This document shows, in pieces, positions 1 to 11,632 of a stretch of 64,000 nucleotides of DNA. The stretch's first letter is position 1, and each line of letters opens with the position of its first letter. Origin of the DNA: Magallana gigas (lineage: Eukaryota). The position numbers were made by a program, and so were the translations under genes. The notes beneath the pieces were generated by a model. That model was not told the DNA's origin and searched no databases. It saw nothing but the letters and a program-made list of their open reading frames with translations. Location: positions 20,522,001 through 20,586,000 of the forward strand of contig NC_088856.1 of assembly GCF_963853765.1 (NCBI RefSeq). Direction: 5' to 3'.

Positions 1-29
1 TAAAATCAAGTAAAAGGCAATATAAAATA

Positions 30-1674
30 TTGGAACGAAGAATCAAGAGAAAATATCTTAATGAAGAGGGCAATTTATTAGAAACAATAAGGAAATCTAA
101 TCCTAAAGTATTTTTTTCGAAATTTAGTAGGAGAAAAGTTAACAAAGTAAATGTTTCACTTGTAGATTTACACAATCATTTCATATCCCTTTCTTGTATT
201 GATCATACAGCCGTGGGAAATGACATGGTCGTAGGTGAAAAAGAAGTAATTTTTGAAGAATTAGAAAGTGACATATCTTTAAATGAAATTGAAGATGCTA
301 TAAAGACTTTAAAACCAGGTAAAAGTCATGGACTGGATGGTATAATTAATGAATATTTCATTGAATTCAAGGATATTTTGGTACCTTTTGTACACACAAT
401 TTTTAATGCTATGTTTACAACAGGTCATTTTCCACATATACTGTGTGAGTCTCTCATTGTACCAATATATAAAAAGGGTGGGACAACTGATCCTGCCAAT
501 TATAGAGGAATTAGTTTAATTAGTTGTATGACAAAACTTTTTACTTCAATTTTGAATAAGAGATTTATGTCATGGGCCGAGAAAAATGATGTTATTACAG
601 GCGCACAGTTCGGGTTTAGACCATTTCATAGTACTGTTGATGCCATTTTTGCATTACAAACAATTGTGAACAAATATCTCTCGAAAAAATGTAGATTGTA
701 TTGCGGCTTCGTAGATTTCAAGCGTGCCTTTGACACAGTGGATAGGGTTAAAATGTGGAATAAAATTTCAATGTATGGAATCAGAGGTAAACCTCTGAAG
801 ATTTTACGTTCACTTTATAATAATATTAAGTCTTGTGTTTTATTAGATGGTAAGTTATCAGATTTTTTTGTGAATAATCTTGGTGTTTTACAAGGGGAAA
901 TAATTTCCCCTCTCCTTTTTTCCCTTTATGTCAATGATTGCGAAATGGAATTTTTAAGCAATGGAAATACTCCAATTGAATTACAAGAGCTATCCTTATT
1001 TTTACTGATGTACGCAGACGACATGGTTATTTTTGCAATTACTTTGCAATTAACAAGTATTGGGCTAATGAACTTATGGGAAAACCAATTTTTTGAAAAG
1101 CCAGAAATTATTTTAACGATCGCCAAGCAACGTATTTTTGATAATTTTAAACAGTCTTTACTAGCTGACATAAATGCCTCTTCCAAATGTACAATCTATA
1201 GATATTTAGTTGATCATTGTACCTTGCAGTCATATCTAACAAAAAGAATTCCTTTACAATATAAGAAACTTATATGTAAATTAAGATTATCATCCCATTG
1301 TCTTACCATCGAAACTGGCAGATATAACAATGTTCCATTACAAAGACGTTTATGTCCTCTATGTACTTTAGATATAGAAGATGAATATCATTTTATATTG
1401 AAATGTCCCTATTACTGTAACTTAAGAGAAAAATTCCTTAAGAAGTTTTATTATATTAAACCCTCTGTCTTTAAATTAATTCTATTATTGTCAACACAAA
1501 ATGTAAAGGATTTGTGCAATTTAGGTAAATATATTAAGAATGCTTTTGTAATCAGAAAACTTCATGTATAAACTTGCCTTTTTCAAGTGACCAGTATATG
1601 TATTATAGCATGTGTATATTAATTGTATATGTCTATGAGCTGTACAGCTGTTGACTAATAAACAATACAATACC
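30..1674 (+). mobile_element. Non-LTR retrotransposon (RTE-X-like LINE) 3' part: RT ORF with internal in-frame deletion, C-terminal Cys/His motif and simple-repeat tail
   Basis: ORF 30..1571 has RT motifs (NYRGISL, QFGFR, FVDFKRAFDTV, GVLQG, YADD) and a C-terminal ETGRY..CPLC..EDEYHF..C motif. It ends in AATAAA plus (CAATA)n at ~1658-1674. The 5' end lies outside the window. Confidence 0.9.
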
Positions 1675-1689
1675 CAACTCAGTCCTTCA

Positions 1690-2009
1690 TTATCCTATCA
1701 ATGACCATTCTGGATTGCAATAATCATCTTTGAACAATTTAGTAAATTGATTTAAAAGTGTCCTAGCTTTAGGCATAATTATAATACATTTATGATCATG
1801 ATGAGAAAGGATAATTACTTCTGTATTGTCCACGTGAGAAAAATCTTCATAGGTTGATGGTTTTCTGGGACCAGACTTGTTTTTGGATAACTTCAACCAA
1901 ACACAGAAGAGAAACAGAACGATGAAGAAGATGACAGGGACAATGATGGCGGGAATTAACACAGACACGTACTCCTCGACCGGGTCAGGCACTGCAGTAG
2001 TCGTGGTAC
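1690..2009 (-). CDS. Probable terminal exon of a single-pass membrane protein (Thr-rich stalk, TM helix, basic stop-transfer, short tail)
   Basis: The ORF reads TTTTAVPDPVEEYV-SVLIPAIIVPVIFFIVLFLFCVWL-KLSKNK. Candidate acceptor CCAG at 2013..2010. Upstream exons were not found. Confidence 0.55.
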
Positions 2010-3564
2010 CTGGTTCGAATGAATTTCAATTCGAGATCATTCATCAGAACAATATTCAATGATGCAATATTAGTAATATATTTCTAACAATATTTTTCAT
2101 GGTAATGTTTTACTAGCTTCTTTCAATTACTCTATCAATGCTTTAAAACACATAGAGTTAAATATTCAATAAAAACCAATGAAATCAGAATTAATTTCGA
2201 TTTTTGTTTCAAACTAGAATTATAGCAATTCAGATTAATGTTTACAGCTGCAAAAGAAAGGGCAATTCGATATTTTTTGTGTGCATGGTTTCAATTTTTA
2301 AAAGTAAATTGAAGCAATACAGTTTCTAAATACAGATAAGAAATCAAGGTTAATCACTGTGTAACACTTACTTTGAATCAGGAATATTTTAGGATTGTAT
2401 TTAAATACAATTATTTAGAGAACAGCTGTGACGATATTCAACAGATCTCAAAATCAATTATTGTTCTTTAAATCACTAATTCAAATTTGATTTATTTAAA
2501 AGCTCTCTCGTTTAATTTTATGATTTTCTCTTTTTTTTTCATCGCATCTCATAATATATGACAAAATTATTTTAACGATTGTTGTTTAAGTGTCAATGGG
2601 CTTGTACTATAAGAGGGCATGCAATTATACATACATGTGTGTTCACCTAAAATTTACATTCGGATAGAACAAAGTCATGTGTAATTAAAATTGTAAATAA
2701 CGCTTTCAAATTTATGGAATCCTTTTCTTTTTTCATAGTAACATCATAAACAAAACACTTTAATCAAACCATGATAAGAAGATACCTTAAAGTTAGTATA
2801 TCTACCACACTGCCTCTCTACACGTCCTTGACCTGATTATTATTATATCAGTACCCCCTAAACATTACGTTAAATGATTGCTCAGATATGTTTTGTAGCA
2901 AACAAAAAAAAAAGAAAGAAAGAAAAGTGTCAGCTTACCGTTCATTTTACATCATTATTTGAATGAAGCAGACGCCTATACACGTATCTTCGTCGCAGAA
3001 AAACCTCCTATGGACAAAGAGACAGTTTCCGGTTTAAGGAAAAATAACGGCGATATACTTAATTGTTGTGGCTCGTTTTCCGGATGTTACAGCTTTCAGA
3101 CTTTTTCTGGTTTCCTGGTGATTCGTTCATTATGTATATATTCAAGTACTTTCAAATTATACAACGATACTTTTTTTCTACAATAATAAAGATAACTATT
3201 AAAAATAGTGGTTATATTTGTGTTCTTGATATTCATATGCATGGGCATTGATATAATGACTGTGTCCTTTGATAAACCGTTAAAAACTAAAAGATACTTA
3301 AAGGATGCACTTATTCGAAAGATGAATAACTAATTATTATAGAATGTTCTTCCTCCTCGGCACGTGACACTTTCAATTGTACACAGAGGAATTTGATTCA
3401 TAAAGTGAGGAAATAACGTTTTAACTTATTTGATTTGAAAATATAATGATAAAGCTTGCTACATTATATAATTGTTTTTCTTTTTCTTTTTTTAATTCTT
3501 GCGCAACTTAACCACTCTTAAGTTTTTTTTAAAGTTGCGCTACAATGTGAGTATATAACTATAT

Positions 3565-4239
3565 CCCAGATAGCATGACTATGTTGGGCCAACATTGGCT
3601 GTGGGTGGTAAGGTTGGCGTTGGCTGAACAACGTTATTTGAAACCAACATTGGGCCAATGCACACTTGACAGACCTTACGTGAGTGTCAGTGTTCGTTGA
3701 GAACACAACGTTGGGCCAATATTGGGCCAATGTACACTTGACAGATCTAATCTCAGTGTCCATGTTAGTTGGGAACACAACGTTGGGGCAACATTTGTTC
3801 AATGTATATTAAATTTACCATCAATGTAGTTGAGACCATGATATCGGTCAAACACAGCCAATGTTTATGGCACGCCAAATTCACAAAAATGAGCTAAACA
3901 TGGTAATTAGGTTTCTCGACTGTTAACTATAGTTTTAAGAACAGCTTTAACGGTTATAAACTATAGTTAACGAATGATAACCTAAGTTTATATCTGTCTG
4001 CAACTAACGTTAACAATAGATTTTGCTGATAAATATAGATTCACATCTCTAAACTATAATTTACATTAATTATGTTAACTATAGTTAACAGTTGTTAACC
4101 ATAGTTTCACAATCGTAAAAGTATATCTATCAGATAAATTATATTTTGCGATCGCAAATGGTTGTTTTCAGTGTTACTGAAACATAGATGATCGTGTTAA
4201 CTATTGTTTACAGATACGATATAAAGATTAACAAAGTCG
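3565..4239. repeat. Motif-rich interspersed repeat(s): TTGGGCCAA/CAACGTTGGG motifs, then AACTATAGTT motifs; probable non-autonomous transposon fragments
   Basis: Short palindromic motifs recur at 3584-3790 and 3925-4105. The region is cut by the N gap. Confidence 0.5.
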
Positions 4240-4387
4240 NNNNNNNNNNNNNNNNNNNNNNNNNNNNNNNNNNNNNNNNNNNNNNNNNNNNNNNNNNNNN
4301 NNNNNNNNNNNNNNNNNNNNNNNNNNNNNNNNNNNNNNNNNNNNNNNNNNNNNNNNNNNNNNNNNNNNNNNNNNNNNNNNNNNNNNN
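4240..4387. other. Assembly gap (N run)
   Basis: Run of N characters. Confidence 1.
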
Positions 4388-4702
4388 ATGAATTTTAACT
4401 GAGAAATTGCTATCAAAAACGTAAGATCTCCCTTATTTTAATATGCTTTCAAATGGAATACAAATAAAGAATTTCATTTTCTAACAAATATAACAGGAAA
4501 CTACCTGTGCACAGACCTCATTGGCACAGCCACGCCTAGGTAAAACTGGTTAGCAAACTTGTTTCACATACATGTTTCGTCCCACTTTGATTTGTTGATA
4601 TAAATCCGGGATTGAAAACTGAATTTGGTTTGAGTTCTATAGACGTTATTGATCAGTCGGAACTCCTCGGACTGGTTCCCGAAAGTAAACACGTGAATTG
4701 AA

Positions 4703-4799
4703 CAGGTTGGGACCAATCGCCCAAATGGGATAGAATATCCCAAACGGGTTATTATGACCCAAACGAGCTATATATAGATATCCCAAACAGGCTACATAA
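4703..4799 (+). repeat. Left terminal inverted repeat
   Basis: caggttgggaccaatcgcccaaatggga...gctacataa is the reverse complement of 11633..11729, with 3 mismatches near the inner end. Confidence 0.97.
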
Positions 4800-4881
4800 A
4801 ATTTGGCGGTATATTTTGCACGAGAATTTCCAAAATACGCTTCTTTGCGAGGGATCTGGATTGCTCATAGGGGCCCAAGTT

Positions 4882-4953
4882 TATAAAAGGCAGCTGAAAA
4901 TTCGGTCCTCATAGCCTTAACTGATGCGGAAGTGCGAGAACATAAGGTGAAAA
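4882..4953 (+). promoter_or_regulatory. Putative TATA box and non-coding first exon of the transposase gene
   Basis: TATAAAAG at 4882..4889 and a strong donor GTAAGT at 4954. The acceptor at 5677-5678 lies just before ATG 5681. Confidence 0.55.
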
Positions 4954-5680
4954 GTAAGTCTCTTTTATATTTACGATTACATTTTCCTTGTTAAAGCTAT
5001 TTAAACTTCAGTTAAGCCATAATTACTCTTACCTGCTGAAAAACACGACTTCATTCCGCCATTTTGAAAAGCTTGCATGATCATGTGATCACTAACTGTC
5101 CAATTGAAGAGTGTTTTATAAAATAGGTCATATTTTCAAATAGAATGTATGGTGCGCCATAATGAGAATTATTAAATAATTTTATTAAAACTCTTGTATA
5201 TATGTTTTTGAGGAAACGTATTGAAAAATTTACGGAAATGTTGTTTGAAAGTTGTATAAACGTTTAAAAATCTATGTCACGAATGAATAAAAAGTGATGA
5301 AGGTTAACATACATGCATCATTATATTACGTTACCTATGTAAATATGAAAAATAATGTTCTTAGTGTTAATTTGTCTAAACATATTGCCAAAGTCATTAA
5401 ATCCCTATGAGCATGTTTACTGCAATTTATCTGTGATTTTAAAAATGTAATTCATCAAGATGATATTATGTGCAAGTTTGGAGTTATTAAACGGTACCCA
5501 GTGAATTTGATACTGGTGCATTCTGGTCCGCAATATTTATTGCTGATATAAAGTAAATTATGTTTATAAGATTAACAAATAAGATTGAATACACAATTAG
5601 TTACACATGTTCATTTATGTGAAACAAATTTTTGAGGCTTATATTTACCTTTATCTTATCTAATGATTTTTTATGTAGAT

Positions 5681-7045
5681 ATGCCCCCTAAACGCAAATG
5701 CAGTTGCAAACAGCATGTATACTGTTCAACCCTATTCCCAGACGACGAGGAGATTGTTCAGAGAATATCCGACAAAAAAATTAAAGTTAAAGTCGTTAAC
5801 TTTTTGTTGAAAAGGGAATTTATATTCCCACATTCTACCTTTTTGTGTTCTCTGTGTGTAAAATTTGCTGAGCAGTGTCTTCAGCACGAAGATGAGACTG
5901 AGGAGGCGGCTAAAAAGAAGAAGTTCAGTATTTTGGAGTATTTTGAAGAGTTCCTGGGGGCAGTTTCCAATAATAGACTAACAAGCGATCAGCTGTCTTC
6001 CTTATCATACGCTTTAGGTAATATATCCTCTAACTAACACCTGTAATATTTTACAAGCAACGACGAAATGAAATTTTATTATTTCAAAGAAAAACCAATT
6101 AACTAACTCTGTGTATATATTTTAAGGAGGCAATTATGCATTGGTATTGAATAAATATTTCATACTTTAGGAAAAACACAAACCAAAGCAGTTTACGAGG
6201 ATACTGTGACTTCTGGGAGCCAGTATAAAGATGTAGATTACTTGGAAACGTTCAATCTGAAGGGTAAATAAATAAATTATAGATAATAAACGCACATGTT
6301 CACCCCCCCCCACACACACACACCAACCCCCCCCCCCCCACCCCCACCCCACCCCACACACACACACATACACACTGTTATATTATTTATTGAATATATT
6401 TATATATTATCTATGATATAAATATTTATTATTATAATTGTGTGTCGTTTCAGACTGGTTGCAAGAAAGAAACCATGTTATAGTTAATTTCATCAAAGGG
6501 ATCTGCAACGATGCTTGTGAGGAAATTAGACTAGCAAAGACTGTAGAGTCTATCTACGGGTGTAGAAACAATTCCTTTGTTTCACCAATGTCTTTCTCTC
6601 AAAATCTGCTTGGGTATGTTTAAAATACAGCCACACACACACACACAAGTATTCACGTAATGACTATAATTGCAGTCAAATTACGCCTATTTTATTCAAT
6701 CTACACATTAGTACTGTGTATGTGATGTTTGCATAATTAATTATTTATTCTAATAAATCATTATCTCTATTTATGTTATCTAGATACTACATAACTGGTA
6801 GCAAATCCGCTTTGAGGATAGGGTGTAAGGGCAGTCCATCGGGATCCTACACAACAGTTCAGAACTGGATTTCAGAGCAGAGCAAAGACGCCATAGAATG
6901 CCCCCAAAACGCTGATGTTGTAACATTTTTTGACAATAATCAGGTGATAATAAACATAAACTTTAGTTGCAATAAGCTTATATTCACATATAATTCTATA
7001 TGTACGGTAAACGTTAAGGATTTTGGGGCAAATAATTGGATTAAA

Positions 7046-7129
<84 letters not shown>

Positions 7130-10100
7130 ATACAAGTTATTTGAGTTTGCATATAGTCGTATACGTATATTTACATGTATTTTAAAACAGTATCATATAA
7201 TTTATAATTGAAAAAAAAATATTCCTGTCCAAATTAGGTAATTTTCATAATTTTTTGTGTTGCAACCATAGGTTTTAGAGAAGAAATGGAAGGTGGAGGT
7301 GAATTACAAAGGGAAGGCCAGTGTCGTTACCACCATGGTACATATTATCCCGGACATTGAGAGCAATATTCAACATATTCTGGAACTATCTCCACGACAG
7401 TGGATGAATCACACTAGTGATGGCAAACGAGATACAATTAGTAAAATGAAAGATCTTGATATGATACACTTCGAAACGTTTCGGCACTATAGGTACATTG
7501 TGTTCTATATAAGTAAAATTATAACTCACATTGCATTTATTATCAAATTAAAATTAAATGATAAATTATATGCTGAATAAATATTTTTATAATTTTTTGT
7601 CTGTTTAGAAATGAATTCATTAGAGACAAATTAGAGAAAATTGTTAGCCATCAGGATGACAACGGACTGGACAACATTGATAAGAATTTGCTAAATATAA
7701 CTTATATTACAGCAGAGGAAAGGTACATATTATTTTATTATTAAATAAACGGATTTTTTATACAAAATTAAAATTCGATAAAATTGCATTTTTGTTAATT
7801 TGCAATGATTTGATCATTAAATTTTTTAGGTATTCTTTCATTAAATCTAACGATGGACCAAATCCAACTGTCATCATGGGAGAACCATGTTTCGAAAACC
7901 CCTGTTCTTACGAGGCAGTTGAGAAGGTTTGTAAGTCATGAATCGTTAATTCATCAATCTATTTGTCAACCACTACATGCAGTTGTTAATATTTATTTTA
8001 AATTTATACGCTCTTAGGTTCTTGATCACATTCGAGAGAAGGCGAAGGTGGGTGAGGCGAGGAAATGGACGATGGTTGGGTGTGATGGCCTGCCCTATAC
8101 TCTTGCATCAAGAATCATCGGTTTGTCGCAAATTAAAATACATTAATTTATTAAAAGTGTAAACATAAAAATCACACGAAATCAAAATTGACATCGTAAT
8201 ATATTTTTGTAGAGAACATGTTTACCTGTCCGGATTGTGGCATGGAGTTCATGGATGAACCAGATTTCAAGGAGCACATAAAGAATTACGACCATGCACT
8301 AAACGTCGACATAGAGAAGTGTAGAAAGTACAACGACATTGTCATGTTACCTGGTACATAGTTCTTTGAATTATTTTATAAAACAAGGAAATTTTGTATT
8401 TTTTCTAGTAATCAATAAGAAATAAATACAGCGTTATGCCATATAAAAATGCACAATATTAATTTCAGGACTTGGTCATTATGAGATCAATATGACGAAA
8501 GCCATATTTCGCCTGCTATGGGATGTGATCCTTATAGATCTTGCAAAACTTTTAGGCTTCAATAGCCCAAAAGCACAAGCCTCATTTATGAGCGCAACAG
8601 GTAAAAATAAAATAGTTTTATTTTATAAAAACGAATATTAAAAAAGTTTTGTCCCAACTTTTATCTTATGACATTTATTTTGCAGACCACCACAAAAGCT
8701 GGCAAATTTTTCAGATATTTCTGCAGTCAATGGCTGCAGAGCTTTTGTTGGTATATGTGAGGGATCCGAGTACATCCTCGCCTTCTGTCAGTGGCTTCTA
8801 TGAATGGTATGTTGGGGTTAAAAACCCCAATTATAAGTTTATGGCTGAGGTAGTATTTTCATACTGCCTTGCCCTCCATGTATTTAGAGCAGGGGTCAGG
8901 CGCAACAATTCCACAGCAATTAATGCGTCTAAAACAAAGTTTTCACCATTATTCTTTGGCCTTAACATGCCATTTTACATGGAGACATATATGAGGGACT
9001 CATTTGTTCGAATTCAGTGCCCAAGTAAAGTACGTGGGTTTATTGAGGAACATGAGTCCTACAGAGTTTCTGGCAGTGATGCCAAGGGTGAGGGGGGTGA
9101 TTTTATATTAGAAGCCAAAAACAGGAAAACGAAGATGTGGATCCAAAATGGAGTGCCTGATGAGGAGAAGTGGAGAAATGTTTGTAGGTGCATTGACAAA
9201 CTAGAAAAGGTAACTTCAGCCATTTTGAAATAAAAAAAACCAATAACTCATTTACTTTTTTTATTCTTATCTTTAGCATTATCTTTAGCAATCATGATAT
9301 GGTGAGGGCATTTCCATCCAATTCTGCTCAGAGGTGCTTTGGTTGTGGCTGTAATGCCAACGCACAAAGCATGCACCCAGTACTCGCATGTCTGCTTCAC
9401 CCGCCCACGCTGCGAGACATGTGAACACCCAATCCAGAGAGCCTTGGTATCTTTCCTCCCTTCTCCACAGAATCTACACAGTGTAGAATCTTGAACTGTG
9501 GAGAAGGAGGACTCCGATGTCTGCGTCTCTGTATGGCGCGTCCTGCTCCTTATGGGTGACAACGACAGGGATGTCCTGGGGTCCATTGAGCTTGTAGATG
9601 GGACGTCTTCTTTTTGTTGGGGTCCATCTTGAACATTGATCTTTCCCTGAAATTTATAACATAGGGAATAAAAGTACTCTTTTAATATTAATTGAGTTCT
9701 TTTTTATGACGTTCATACATAAAATATTTATATATGAAATAAAGTATTCATTAATTTATTACCAAGTCAAAATTCACCCCTGCAGACTTGTACACATATT
9801 CTGTCCCTCCAGGGCTCTTTAAGTATAAGACGCAGTCTGCGCCTGTGGTTTCGTGTATCTCTTTTGCCTAAAGTAGATACATGCATGTATATTTTTCATA
9901 CAAATGCATATATATCTTAACATCATTATACATTTCCAATCATAATAATGCGTGTGTTGAACCAAAATTATTGAGAATTGTGTTTTTGAAAAGGGGGGGG
10001 GGGTGCCGCCATTTTTTCTTGGGGTGGGGGTGGCAAAGCCGATTTCCGTTACCTTTTACTATGTCATTTCTTTAACTTTTTTCTGCGATGTTTAATTTAA

Positions 10101-10661
10101 TGAAATAATTTTACAATCGTTTTATTTTTTATTTTTAAACAATTTATTTACAAAACTTTTCATATTTTTGTATAGGTCAGAGGAAACTTGAGTGCTGCTC
10201 TATGCATTTGTGAGCTTGATGCCGAATACGCTTACATGTACAATATTGATTTTGAAATCAATTGTTTTAGACAGTCTATCAGAGAATCAGGCTACATAAA
10301 TGAGCCGTTCAAAGAAAAGAGTCACACGTCTTTTAGTGGGAAATCCTTGGACCGTTCATTGACGGAGTTTCACGTAAACTCATTGCGACACCGCGAAGAC
10401 TTTATGAATTTTATTATCAACCACAGCCTCAGTGACAGAAAAAAATTTCCTCCGATTTTTGTTCTCACAGACGAAAGGACAAAAGCAGAATCCATTGTTA
10501 ATAAAACAAAACCCGAAATTATTAAGATAATTGAAGGTGAACTTGAGGATATAAACAATGAGAAAATCAATGCCGAGTGGAGGAAAGTTAAATCGAAGAC
10601 AAAAGCAGATATTCTTAAATTTTATCATGATGTTTTAAAATCGGAGGGCCGAAATGATTAA
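5681..10661 (+). CDS. Putative DDE-type transposase, 12 coding exons, 855 aa, distantly Academ/Transib-like
   Basis: Phase-consistent GT-AG exons: 5681-6017, 6171-6263, 6454-6613, 6784-6943, 7272-7492, 7609-7722, 7830-7926, 8018-8120, 8213-8353, 8469-8600, 8686-9209, 10176-10661 (2,568 nt, no internal stop). Motifs: FFDNNQ, VGCDGLPY, a C2H2-like CPDC..H..H insertion, PGLGHYE, GGDFILEAKN; N-terminal CxCxxH..CxxC. Confidence 0.88.
7051..7123. repeat. (CT)n microsatellite in a transposase intron
   Basis: Direct reading. Confidence 0.95.
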
Positions 10662-11587
10662 ATTTTTATATGTATATATTGCAATTTTTATGCTGACAAT
10701 TACTTGGAATGTTATTTTCCTTATCACATAATTGTAAATACACCTGTAAAACTTGCAATTAGAATATGTAAATGTTTCACAAATGTAGTATTTTTATCTG
10801 TATATATTGTATGATATTTTAAAAAAACAGTGTGATATGTAAATAATACTAAATATAAACTTTATTTATTTGTAAATATTGTATATATATATAATGAAAC
10901 ATCACATTATGTTACATCATAATATCATCATATTATATAATCAAAATTGTATATTTGTAAATATAAACTTTATTTATTTAATTTAATTGAAAACAATTAA
11001 TAAAACATATTCTTACTTTCTCTAGAAGAGTGTTTTTTCTCTTAAAAAATGATTGGCTAACGCTCCTTGATCCAACTTGGGATGGAACCTGTCTCCTGTT
11101 CTTCCCAAGAGTTAGATTAGAAACTTTTCCGCTTCTGCCATTTTTTCTCTGTTAAAAAATTTCAATGCAAATTTAATATATTAACGTCATATTTTATAAT
11201 ATAGAACGAAATCTAATGTTATTGGCGCATTTCATTTTCCTTATAAATTAATATTTTATTTTAGTCCTTCTGGTGCTCCATACAATAAGCTCTAAATTTC
11301 AACCACACCAAAGATCATAGCCATTTTCTGATTGGATAATTTGATCTCGCGAGAAGTTATTGTTTCAATATGTCTTCCATGTGTTAGTGTCGAAGAAAAT
11401 TACTTCAACTTTTGTTGATATTAGAACATAAAGGTAAGTTTAAAGAAAAACAGTTAAGGTCACCGTGCAAAAGGACTGACTCATGTTTTAGTAAATAAGT
11501 TTATGAAGTGAATAGGGATGAAAAATACGTAGAATTTAACTCAATCTACAGATAATGACTCAATTTCCTTACCAATGTACTCGACAT
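9248..11587 (-). CDS. Transposon-encoded MADS-box-like + PHD-finger protein, 4 exons, 211 aa
   Basis: Phase-0 GT-AG exons 11587-11573 (MSSTL), 11148-11017, 9867-9778 and 9646-9248. The spliced peptide SFFKRKNTLLEK|AKEIHETTGADCVLYLKSPGGTEYVY matches the MADS/SRF pattern. The C-terminus CRFC..WIGCSH..C..WVHALC..WKCPHH is a PHD finger. Confidence 0.82.
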
Positions 11588-11632
11588 CTTGCGGAAACAA
11601 GTCTTCTTTTTCTTGCAGAAAAAAAAACCGCG

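Noticed and set aside
2938-3110. Upstream coding exon for the membrane-protein ORF
   Set aside because: A GTAAG donor exists at ~2940, but all three frames hit stops just upstream.
4188-4416. ORFs containing X runs (also 61606-61843)
   Set aside because: Artefacts of N gaps.
6940-7152. RE/SL-repeat ORFs (also 52897-53106, 63709-63963)
   Set aside because: These are translations of (CT)n or (TA)n microsatellites.
11117-11141. ATG at 11141 (MAEAEK..) as the start of the MADS-PHD gene, implying a frameshift
   Set aside because: It is out of frame and stops after 9 codons. An upstream micro-exon (11587-11573, GTAAG donor) gives an intact frame without invoking an error.
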